64,000 nucleotides of DNA from an uncultured Armatimonadetes bacterium (GTDB lineage Bacteria; Armatimonadota; UBA5829; DTJY01). Each line of letters starts with the position of its first letter. Within the stretch, counting starts at the first letter, position 1. This document shows, piece after piece, positions 16,290 through 24,697 of the stretch. The notes under the pieces were generated by a model that was not told the DNA's origin, ran no database searches, and saw only the letters and a list, made by a program, of their open reading frames with translations. The stretch lies in contig OY970325.1 of assembly GCA_963717145.1 (NCBI GenBank), positions 4,288,001-4,352,000 on the forward strand. Direction: 5' to 3'. The position numbers were made by a program, and so were the translations under genes.

Positions 16290-17735
16290 ATGAGCAGAAT
16301 GCGAGCGATCGTACGATCTTGTAGTGGCCGTGCCTCCGTGCCGGCCAGCAACGTCGCAAGGCCGGCACGGAGGCACGGCCACTACGCTGATCCGCATGGG
16401 AGGCCGGCACGGAGGCACGGCCACTACCGGGCGTTGACGGTCGCCTTGATGCTACTCCTCTGCGGGGCGTCTCTCTCCGCAAAGGTCGGCGGTCCCGTCG
16501 TGAAGACGATGCGGATCGACGGCCCGATCAGTCCCGCGGCGGCGCTATACGTCCACCGCGCGATCGAGATCGCGGAGGGGAGCGATGCCCAGGCGCTGCT
16601 CATCCACCTGGACACACCGGGCGGCCTCGACGACTCCATGCGCTCGATCATCAAAGATTTCTTCGCGTCCGACGTGCCGATCGTCGTCTATGTGTCCCCC
16701 AAAGGCGCGCGGGCCGCATCCGCCGGAGCGATCATCACCATCGCGGCCAACATTGCGGCGATGGCGCCCGGGACTGCGATGGGCGCCGCGCATCCCGTCG
16801 CCATCGGCGGCGGTGGAGGCGATTCCGAGGGGAGTCAGCCGAAACAAGACGGTGTCATGAGCACGAAGATGGAGGAAGACGCGGCCGCCTACGCCCGGTC
16901 GATCGCCGAGCGACGGGGTCGAAACATCAGGTGGGCTGAAGACGCCGTTCGGAAGAGCATCTCATCGAGCGCGTCCGAAGCGCTCAAGAAGGGTGTCATC
17001 GACCTGATCGCCGATGACGACACACAGCTTCTGAAGGCGATCGACGGCCGCAAAGTCAAGCTCGACGCGGGCACGGTGACTCTGCGAACGGGCACCGCCC
17101 GGACGGAGGACATCGGCCCGAGCCTGAGGGAGCGCTTCCTGGCGATCATCGGCAACCCGAACGTCGTGCTGATCCTGATGACGATCGCCATATACGGCAT
17201 CATCTTCGAGTTGAGCAACCCGGGATCGATCTTCCCCGGCATCATCGGGGGGATCGCGCTGATCCTCGCGCTCTTCTCGTTCGCGATTCTGCCTGTCAAC
17301 ACAGCGGGGATAGCGCTGATCGCGTTCGCGGCCATTCTGTTCATCGCCGATCTGCTCATTCCCGGGCACGGCATCCTGTCGGCCGGCGGGGTGATCTCGT
17401 TCATCATCGGCGCGCTCATGCTTTTCGAGACGCCGTCGCCGGTGTTCAGGGTTTCGCTCAGCCTGGTGATCACCCTGGCGTTCGTGACCGCCGGGTTCTT
17501 CCTGTTCGCGGTCGGATCGGCGGTTCGGGCTCAGAAGGCAAGAGTCGTCACCGGCGGCGAGGGGATGATCGGCGAGCTGACCGAGGCGCGGACGGATTTC
17601 GACCCCAAGGGCAAGGTTTTCATCGAGGGATCTCTTTGGAACGCAGTCTCGGAGGGCGAGCCGATCAAGCAGGGCGAGCTGGTCCGGGTTGTGAGTATGG
17701 ATGGGCTGACACTACATGTCAAAAAGGAGAGCTAG
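16290..17735 (+). CDS. nfeD: NfeD-family membrane-bound serine protease
   Basis: LDTPGG, AASAG, MAPGT.MGAAHPV, TM block, C-terminal OB domain; directly upstream of SPFH gene; start uncertain because of a palindrome at 16321-16427. Confidence 0.9.
   Translation: MSRMRAIVRSCSGRASVPASNVARPARRHGHYADPHGRPARRHGHYRALTVALMLLLCGASLSAKVGGPVVKTMRIDGPISPAAALYVHRAIEIAEGSDAQALLIHLDTPGGLDDSMRSIIKDFFASDVPIVVYVSPKGARAASAGAIITIAANIAAMAPGTAMGAAHPVAIGGGGGDSEGSQPKQDGVMSTKMEEDAAAYARSIAERRGRNIRWAEDAVRKSISSSASEALKKGVIDLIADDDTQLLKAIDGRKVKLDAGTVTLRTGTARTEDIGPSLRERFLAIIGNPNVVLILMTIAIYGIIFELSNPGSIFPGIIGGIALILALFSFAILPVNTAGIALIAFAAILFIADLLIPGHGILSAGGVISFIIGALMLFETPSPVFRVSLSLVITLAFVTAGFFLFAVGSAVRAQKARVVTGGEGMIGELTEARTDFDPKGKVFIEGSLWNAVSEGEPIKQGELVRVVSMDGLTLHVKKES
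16321..16427. repeat. GTAG-type REP triplet at the 5' end of nfeD
   Basis: GTAGTGGCCGTGCCTCCGTGCCGGCC at 16321-16346; reverse complements at 16360-16385 and 16402-16427. Confidence 0.9.
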
Positions 17736-17738
17736 AAA

Positions 17739-18509
17739 ATGGAAGGGCTGGTTGGAACCATTGTTGCGCTGTTCGTCGTGTTCGCGATCATACTGCCATC
17801 CGCAGTCAGGATCATCAAGGAATACGAGCGGGGCGTCATCCTCCGCTGGGGACGTTACAGCCATGTGAAGCTGCCGGGCATCCGGTTTCTGATCCCATTC
17901 GTCGATCAGATGTTCCGCATCGATCTGCGCGTGGTGACGATGGACGTTCCGAAGCAGGAGATGATGACGCGGGACAACGTGCCGGTCACGGTCGATGCGG
18001 TCGTGTACTTCCGCGTGGTGAACGCCGAGGACGCGATCCTGAAGATCGAGAACTACGTGAAGGCAACGGCGCTGATCGCCCAGACGACGCTTCGGAGCAC
18101 GGTCGGCCAGCATGCGCTGGATGAGCTGCTGTCGGAGCGGGACAGGGTGAATGAGAAGCTGCAGACCGTGATCGACGAGCAGACCGAGCCGTGGGGCGTC
18201 AAGGTCACCAACGTCGAGGTCCGCGACGTGATCCTCCCCGAGACGATGAAGCGCGCGATGGCGGGTCAGGCAGAGGCCGAACGAGAGCGCCGCGCGAAGG
18301 TCATCAATGCGGAAGGCGAGTTCCAGGCGTCGGAGAAACTGGCGATGGCGGCGGCGATCATCAGCAAGGACCCGGCGGCGATCCAGCTCCGGTTCCTGCA
18401 GACGCTTGCGCAGGTCGCAACCGAGCACAACAGCACCACGATCTTCCCGGTGCCGATCGACCTCTTCACACCGTTCATCAAGCTGATGCGTGAGAAGGCG
18501 GGGGAGTAG
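17739..18509 (+). CDS. Slipin/stomatin-like SPFH domain protein
   Basis: EYERGV, DLRV, TRDNV.V.VDAVVYFRV, AQTTLRS, WGVKV, QAEAERERRAK. Confidence 0.95.
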   Translation: MEGLVGTIVALFVVFAIILPSAVRIIKEYERGVILRWGRYSHVKLPGIRFLIPFVDQMFRIDLRVVTMDVPKQEMMTRDNVPVTVDAVVYFRVVNAEDAILKIENYVKATALIAQTTLRSTVGQHALDELLSERDRVNEKLQTVIDEQTEPWGVKVTNVEVRDVILPETMKRAMAGQAEAERERRAKVINAEGEFQASEKLAMAAAIISKDPAAIQLRFLQTLAQVATEHNSTTIFPVPIDLFTPFIKLMREKAGE

Positions 18510-18815
18510 GGAGTGTGGGGGTGTGGGAGTGTGGGGGTGTGGGAGTAATGGGAGCCCAGCGCTCGAGTGCTCCACCGCTACATTTCTCCCGTCCCCGCAA
18601 TCCTACCGGTTTTTTCGTTTGCCTCTAAGATAGCGGCGTTGTCCGGCCATAATGAGTAGTAGTTCCAGGACAACGCAGCAAGCGGACCTCTTAGAAGGTC
18701 GTTGACGAGGCGGGCCTGGTCAAGAAAAGGGGCGTTGGCATACTCTAGCAGTTTTCAGCCGGCGTCCCTTTTGCACGTCTGGCTCGTACTGCTACTCTCC
18801 CGAAGGCATCACAGG

Positions 18816-18880
18816 CTGTAGGGGCGTGCCTTGTGCCGCCCGACGCGCGATCGCAGGCGGCACAAGGCACGCCCCTACAG
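18816..18880. repeat. GTAG-type REP doublet (family E), intergenic copy
   Basis: CTGTAGGGGCGTGCCTTGTGCCGCC and its reverse complement; identical arms at 42923-42987. Confidence 0.9.
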
Positions 18881-18971
18881 CCTGGTTTCGGCATGGCCCG
18901 CCGCACTCCACAGTCCTTGACACCCACGCTCCCATTGCGCTATCCTCGCGACAGTCGGGAGGGCGAGCGGA

Positions 18972-21008
18972 ATGCGAGAGGCGATTCGGGCGGGGAATAT
19001 CGTGCGAGACCGGTGGCCGCTGAACATGCAGCGCCACCTCAACCTCTACATGGGTAGCGGTCGGGCCGGCGCGTGCTTCGATGCATACGGCCTGATGAAT
19101 AACGGGATGCGCGGGGAGTACCTCGTGAGCCTGAGCCAGACCAGGCTTATGCACGCCGACCACTGGCACCGCGGCGCATGGGGCCTCGACTACTGGCTTC
19201 CCGTCCTCAAGATCGCGTGGGAGGGCGAACCTCCGCCCGAGCCGAATACCTACCGCCAGGAACTCGATCTGTATGACGGCCGGCTTACCACCGAGATGTC
19301 CTGGCCGGATTTGCGGCTCTCACTGACCTCATACTTCCATCCCGAGCGCCGGGATCTTCTCGCCTTCGACGTGCGCTTCGAGGGCCGAATGCCCGGCCTG
19401 CTGATCGCGCCGGAACTCGACATCCACACACAGTACGACCAGCATCTGACCGGTGATGCGAAGGGCCTCGAACTCGATCAGGGCTGGTGGCTCGGGCGAA
19501 TCACGGTAGGCACGGCGGACAGCGTCGTTGGCCTGAGGGTGATCTCGACCGATGGGACCGCCGAGTTGACGCCGGTCGCCGACGGGCTCGCGATCCGATT
19601 CGAGGGCGAGACCGGGCGGCACTTGCTGGTCGTCGGGACAGCGGGCTTCGGGCGGCGGACGGAATTGTGCGAGGACCTGAAGTCGATCCCTGCGCCGGAG
19701 GAGTTCGCGGCAGAGGCGGTCCAGGCATGGCATCGGCGCTGGGGTGGGGGATTCATCCACGTGCCCGTGCCGGAATACCAGGCGCTGTGGGCACGGTCGA
19801 TGTTCTACGTCCTGTCGAGTTACGCGCCGGACGTTCGGCCTCCCGCGCCGCCGATGGGCTGGGCGGGCAACTGCTGGCCGTTCGGGTTCCCGCAGGACCT
19901 CTCGTACCTCCATCCGGCGCTCCTTCGTTTGGGACACTTGGATATAGCACGTGCCTGGGTCGAGTCGTACCGCAACGACCTCGAGACCATGCGCGATTAC
20001 ACGAAGCGCATCTACGGCGCTGAGGGCACGATGTGGGCGTGGGAATATCCCATCGGCCCTGACTCGAAGCTTCTCTCCGACGGCACGCCGAACTGGTGCC
20101 AGTTCGAGATCCACAATGCCGGATACCCCGCGAGGATGGCTCGGGAAGCGGCGCTCCACATGGATGATGGCCAGTGGACTACAGAGGTCGCCTGGCCGAT
20201 CGTGCGGGAGTTGGCGCGGTTCTTCGGATCGGTGCTCCGGCCCGAGGACGACGGCACTTGGGGCATGCACGTGATCCCGTCGTTCGGCCAGGATGAGCTA
20301 GGTGGTACGGATGCGAAGAACTACCTCTGCTCGCTCTGGAGCGCTCGGTATGCCCTCGAAACGGCGCTGACGATGGCCGAAGAACTCGGGCAGTTGGATC
20401 CGGCATTCGACCGCTGGCGGAAGATCCTCGCGGACGGCCTCGCATTCAAGCGGCTTCTCGATCCCAAGACCGGCCTGCTGGTGACATGCGAGGGCCTGCT
20501 CGGGACGGAACAGCTTGGCAAGGAGAAGCACCCGGTCCAGCTCAATCCGCTGATCTTTCTCCCGCTGGGCAATCCGGATGAGCATGTCGTCCAAGCCTAT
20601 CGGCGTCGGTACGAGTTGTGCGCCGGCGTGCGGGAGAATACCTACCATGGATGGACGCTCGCGGCGTACTGGCTGGCGGCGTCTCATATGGGCGACGCGG
20701 ACGGCCTCCTTCACGAACTCGGGCAGGCGCTCCCGGGGCGGTACGTCGACCCGGACTGGATCCAGATATTCGAAGGCTCTGACCAACTCGGAGCTTCGTT
20801 CTACGTCACGAGCCACGGACTGTATCTCCAGGCGCTGAACGACGCGATCGTCTCGGATTACTGGGGCGAGACGCAGATCGGCGCGGCGTGCCCGGACGCG
20901 TGGCAGACGGTCCGCTTCGGAGGGATGCATACGGCGGATGGGCGGGTGCACAGCGGAGTGCGGAGTATGGGAGTGTGGGAGTGTGGGAGTATGGGAGTAA
21001 GGGAGTAG
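18972..21008 (+). CDS. Hypothetical protein, probable (alpha/alpha)6 glycoside-hydrolase-like (GH95/GH65-like layout)
   Basis: YRQELDLYDG.L, W.R.W, YVLSS, N-terminal beta region followed by helical region; family assignment weak. Confidence 0.55.
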   Translation: MREAIRAGNIVRDRWPLNMQRHLNLYMGSGRAGACFDAYGLMNNGMRGEYLVSLSQTRLMHADHWHRGAWGLDYWLPVLKIAWEGEPPPEPNTYRQELDLYDGRLTTEMSWPDLRLSLTSYFHPERRDLLAFDVRFEGRMPGLLIAPELDIHTQYDQHLTGDAKGLELDQGWWLGRITVGTADSVVGLRVISTDGTAELTPVADGLAIRFEGETGRHLLVVGTAGFGRRTELCEDLKSIPAPEEFAAEAVQAWHRRWGGGFIHVPVPEYQALWARSMFYVLSSYAPDVRPPAPPMGWAGNCWPFGFPQDLSYLHPALLRLGHLDIARAWVESYRNDLETMRDYTKRIYGAEGTMWAWEYPIGPDSKLLSDGTPNWCQFEIHNAGYPARMAREAALHMDDGQWTTEVAWPIVRELARFFGSVLRPEDDGTWGMHVIPSFGQDELGGTDAKNYLCSLWSARYALETALTMAEELGQLDPAFDRWRKILADGLAFKRLLDPKTGLLVTCEGLLGTEQLGKEKHPVQLNPLIFLPLGNPDEHVVQAYRRRYELCAGVRENTYHGWTLAAYWLAASHMGDADGLLHELGQALPGRYVDPDWIQIFEGSDQLGASFYVTSHGLYLQALNDAIVSDYWGETQIGAACPDAWQTVRFGGMHTADGRVHSGVRSMGVWECGSMGVRE

Positions 21009-21012
21009 TGGA

Positions 21013-23304
21013 GTGATGGAGTGGTGGAGTAATGGAAGAATCGCGCGCACATGCCTTGTCCTTCTTGTGACGGGCCTGGCGCTGATGGGAAGAGCGGAGG
21101 GAAAGAGCTTGAACCTGACATTTTGCTGTGCGCGGGACAACGATCTGTACTCGATCCTATCGAAGTCCGGCAGTTACCCGCGATATGAGGCGCCGGCTGA
21201 GGCCGTCGAGCATGCGAAGGACGGCTCGGCGGTCCTGATCTTGGCGGACGGCTATCCGGAGACGACGACGGTTGTTCCTCCTGAGGTCCTCGACCGTGCG
21301 AGGGAGAAAAACCTGCGGCTGTATATCGAGTACCCGGATGCCGGGAGCGCCCGTGTCCTCACGGGCAACGAAGTCGGCGCGCCTCAGCACACGGTATGGG
21401 AGCGGGCGGTAGTTTCCTCCGATGCATTCGGTGAGGAGCTGCCGAAGCTTCACATCGTCGGAGTCCAGGATTGCCATTTCGTGCCGATGAAGGCGTCTGA
21501 TCCAATGCTCGTGGTGGCGAAGGTCGCCGGATTCGATACCGCCGTCTTCGGCCTCCCGGAGAATGCGTTTCCGTTGCTCTTCGAGGTTCCGGACCGCAAT
21601 CTCCTCGTCGCCACCACCAAGCTCAGCGGATTCGTGACCGGCCGATACGCGCCGACGCACGCTTGGAAGGTCATCTGGGCGCATATTCTTACGATGCTCG
21701 CCCCGGAGAACCCCTCCCCAGCCCTCCCCGCAACGGGGAGGGAGTCCCCGGCGCGTACCGAGGTACTCCCTCCCCGTTGCGGGGAGGGCTGGGGAGGGGT
21801 TCTTCGGTGGACGCCGACGGTGCATCCGGCGTATGGCCGGGACGACAAGCTGCCCAGGGACTTCGAGCGGAAGGCGTTCGATGCGGCGGCGGACTGGGTC
21901 TTCGATTCCCGCCTGCTGATCCATCCATCGCGTGAAGCTGAGATTCACCGTCTGCTGGCCCAGAACATCGAAGGTATCGAGGAGCCGGGTTCAGATGCAC
22001 CCACCGGCGACGGGTCGCTCGGCATCCTGGAGGGATATTCCGCGGCCATCAAGTATGACGGCTCGCAGGTCCAGCGCCTCCCGATCCGGTCGGACTGCCA
22101 TGCGGAAACAGCGGCGGTCCTGGCCCTCGACTCGATGCTCAACGGCGATGACAGGAGCGGGAAAACAGCATCGAACCTGCTGGATTATGTTTACTTCACC
22201 TCGGGCATGTGCGGCGGAGTGAGAGGCAACCCGAAGCATCCGGCTTATGGCCTGATCGCTTGGGGGAACGTCTCCCGCGCGTGGGAGGTCGCCAGCTACA
22301 GTGACGACGACGGCCGCGTGATGCTCGGCACGATGCTCACATCGGCATGTCTCGGCTCGAAGAAGTGGGACGAGCCGCTCCTCAGGGCGCTGCTTGCCAA
22401 CCTCCGAACGACCGGCCCGCAGGGGTTCCGAGGCGACCGGATCGACATGCCGCCGATCGAGTCCGTGGGATGGAAGCATTTTCACGATACTGAGAGGGTC
22501 AACTACTCCACGCACCATGAATCTTACCTCTGGGCCTGCAACATTTGGGCATACGGGCAGACCGGCTACAAGCCGTTCATCGAGCGCACGAAGACCGCCA
22601 TCCGGATGACGATGGAGGCCTTCCCCGATGGCTGGCGCTGGAACGACAGCATGGAGCGCGCGCGGATGCTCCTCTGCCTCTCGTGGCTCGTCCGGATCGA
22701 GGATACGCCGGAGCATCGCGAGTGGCTCGATCGGATCGCCCAGTCGATTATTTCATACCAGCAACCCTCCGGTGCGATCGACGAGCGGCGCGGCGGCGAG
22801 CTGACCGGCTTCCAGATCGCCATGTCGAACGAGGAGTACGGCACGGGCGAGACTCCGCTGATCCAGCAGAACGGCGACCCGGTGACCGATCAGCTTTACA
22901 CGACCGGGTTCGCGCTCCTCGGCCTGCACGAGGGATATGCGGCGACCGGTGATCCGAAGCTCAAGGCGTCGGAGGACAAGCTGGCGGAGTTCCTCTGTCG
23001 GATACAGGTGCGCTCGGAGAAATACCCGTACCTCGACGGCACGTGGTTCCGGGCGTTCGATCATCGGCAGTGGGACTACTGGGCGAGTTCGGGCGATGTC
23101 GGCTGGGGCGCATGGAGCGTCGAGGCGGGATGGGCTCAGGCATGGACGGCGGTGGTGCTCGCGCTCCGTCAGAAGGGGACGTCGATGTGGGAGATGACCG
23201 CCGGCAGCCGGATCATCGACCACTGGGATGCCGTCCGCGAGCAGATGAAGCAGAATGATGGCGGCCCATGGACCGGCGCTCCGTGGAAGGGGAGTCGGGA
23301 GTAG
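21013..23304 (+). CDS. Secreted hypothetical protein (six-hairpin glycosidase-like) with in-frame palindrome insertion
   Basis: Signal peptide; long high-GC3 ORF; insertion at 21707-21803. Confidence 0.65.
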   Translation: MMEWWSNGRIARTCLVLLVTGLALMGRAEGKSLNLTFCCARDNDLYSILSKSGSYPRYEAPAEAVEHAKDGSAVLILADGYPETTTVVPPEVLDRAREKNLRLYIEYPDAGSARVLTGNEVGAPQHTVWERAVVSSDAFGEELPKLHIVGVQDCHFVPMKASDPMLVVAKVAGFDTAVFGLPENAFPLLFEVPDRNLLVATTKLSGFVTGRYAPTHAWKVIWAHILTMLAPENPSPALPATGRESPARTEVLPPRCGEGWGGVLRWTPTVHPAYGRDDKLPRDFERKAFDAAADWVFDSRLLIHPSREAEIHRLLAQNIEGIEEPGSDAPTGDGSLGILEGYSAAIKYDGSQVQRLPIRSDCHAETAAVLALDSMLNGDDRSGKTASNLLDYVYFTSGMCGGVRGNPKHPAYGLIAWGNVSRAWEVASYSDDDGRVMLGTMLTSACLGSKKWDEPLLRALLANLRTTGPQGFRGDRIDMPPIESVGWKHFHDTERVNYSTHHESYLWACNIWAYGQTGYKPFIERTKTAIRMTMEAFPDGWRWNDSMERARMLLCLSWLVRIEDTPEHREWLDRIAQSIISYQQPSGAIDERRGGELTGFQIAMSNEEYGTGETPLIQQNGDPVTDQLYTTGFALLGLHEGYAATGDPKLKASEDKLAEFLCRIQVRSEKYPYLDGTWFRAFDHRQWDYWASSGDVGWGAWSVEAGWAQAWTAVVLALRQKGTSMWEMTAGSRIIDHWDAVREQMKQNDGGPWTGAPWKGSRE
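21707..21803. repeat. Palindrome family F (CCCTCCCC...GGGGAGGG), in-frame within CDS
   Basis: 39-bp perfect arms at 21707-21745 / 21765-21803. Confidence 0.9.
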
Positions 23305-23307
23305 GGA

Positions 23308-23345
23308 ATGGTTGATGGTCGATGGTTCATGGCTCATGGTTAATG
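23308..23345 (+). repeat. Heptamer tandem repeat (ATGGTTG-like)
   Basis: ATGGTTG ATGGTCG ATGGTTC ATGGCTC ATGGTTA; related tract interrupted by IS481 at 44652-44667 / 47249-47264. Confidence 0.8.
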
Positions 23346-23353
23346 ATACGGGA

Positions 23354-23465
23354 ACCGTCAGTCCTGAGTAGCCGGTGAATGACGGCGTAACGAAGGACGG
23401 CCTTGGGTGGCAAAGAGGCCGTCCTTCGTTACGCCGTCATTCACCGGCTACTCAGGACTGACGGT
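23354..23465. repeat. Palindromic doublet family D, copy 1
   Basis: CCGTCAGTCCTGAGT...CGAAGGACGG / CCGTCCTTCG...ACTCAGGACTGACGG; other copies at 24575-24688 and 53008-53122. Confidence 0.92.
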
Positions 23466-23485
23466 GGTGTAAAGAGGTAACGTAG

Positions 23486-24520
23486 ATGACCCACAGAGAA
23501 CGTACACTAGCCGCAATCAGGCATCAGCCGACCGACCGGATTCCGGTCGATGCCATCTGCATCGAGACGATCCCCGAACTGGCGGAATACCTCGACATCC
23601 CTCAGGAGGCCGTGCTCGACCGGCTGGGGATCGACGGGCGAATCGTCGCCGCCGGTTACTCGGGCGAACTGCCGGTCGCGGATGACGGCGCGGTCGTCTC
23701 GGAGTGGCGGACATCCTGGCGGCCGGACTACTCGATCGACCGAGGGTACTATCCGCTGGCAGGGGTTACGACAATCGCTGAGATCGAGCGGTTTCCCTGG
23801 CCGGATCCCGCCCAGTATAACTATGAGGCGGTCGGAGGATACGCGAAGTCGCTCGGAGACACATACGCCGTCCGCGGCCCTTACTGGAATCCGCTCTTCT
23901 GCCGTGCGCTCGACCTCTTCGGCATGGAAGAGGCGATGGTCAACATGTCACTCGAACCGGCGCTCTTCGAGGCGGTCATCGAGCGGACCTACGAGTACCT
24001 GGCGGAGTATTGCCGGCGACTGATCGAGGCGTGCGGCGACTCGATGCCGATCCTCTGCCTGGCGGACGATTTCGCGACCCAGCGCGGGCTGATGATCTCG
24101 CCCGATCAGTGGCGCAGGTTCCTCAAGCCGAGGTACGCGGGGCTCTTCGAGATCGGCAAGCGGTCCGGCAAGCTGATCTGGTTCCACTCCTGCGGCGACA
24201 TCACGGCCATTCTGCCCGACCTGATCGAGATTGGGGTGGATGTGTGGGAGACGGTTCAACTTCACGCGCTGCCGATGACTGCATCGGACCTGAAGCGCGA
24301 GTATGGCGAGGACATCTGCTTCTTCGGCGGAGTGAACACTCAGCATCTGCCGTTCGCTCGTCCGGAGGAGGTGCGGGACGAGGTCAGGCGCTGCATCGAG
24401 GTCCTTGGGGAAGGCGGCGGATACATTTGTGGGCCGGACCATCATATCAAGCCGGACGTCCCGCCGGAGAACACCGTCGCGCTTTTCGATACTGCGACTG
24501 GGGTTAAAGCCCCAGCCTAG
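23486..24520 (+). CDS. Uroporphyrinogen decarboxylase (URO-D/MtaA-like) family protein
   Basis: MTHRER..AAI.H...DRIP, DDFATQRGLMISP, HSCG, F.GGV.TQ, GGYI..PDH. Confidence 0.88.
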   Translation: MTHRERTLAAIRHQPTDRIPVDAICIETIPELAEYLDIPQEAVLDRLGIDGRIVAAGYSGELPVADDGAVVSEWRTSWRPDYSIDRGYYPLAGVTTIAEIERFPWPDPAQYNYEAVGGYAKSLGDTYAVRGPYWNPLFCRALDLFGMEEAMVNMSLEPALFEAVIERTYEYLAEYCRRLIEACGDSMPILCLADDFATQRGLMISPDQWRRFLKPRYAGLFEIGKRSGKLIWFHSCGDITAILPDLIEIGVDVWETVQLHALPMTASDLKREYGEDICFFGGVNTQHLPFARPEEVRDEVRRCIEVLGEGGGYICGPDHHIKPDVPPENTVALFDTATGVKAPA

Positions 24521-24574
24521 GAAGCAGGAAGCATGCTGAAGCAAGCTAAGCAGATTCATGTCAAGGCAAACCCG

Positions 24575-24688
24575 CCGTGAGTCCTGAGTGCGCCGGTGAA
24601 TGACGGCGTGTATCGAAGGACGGCTCGGTGCACCCAAGGCCGTCCTTCGATACACGCCGTCATTCACCGGCGCACTCAGGACTGACGG
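24575..24688. repeat. Palindromic doublet family D, copy 2
   Basis: As copy 1, with variants mirrored in both arms. Confidence 0.92.
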
Positions 24689-24697
24689 TGGTGACTT

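Noticed and set aside
18735-18750. Second sigma-54 promoter (TTGGCATACTCTAGCA)
   Set aside because: GG-to-GC spacing is 9 nt, not the required 10.
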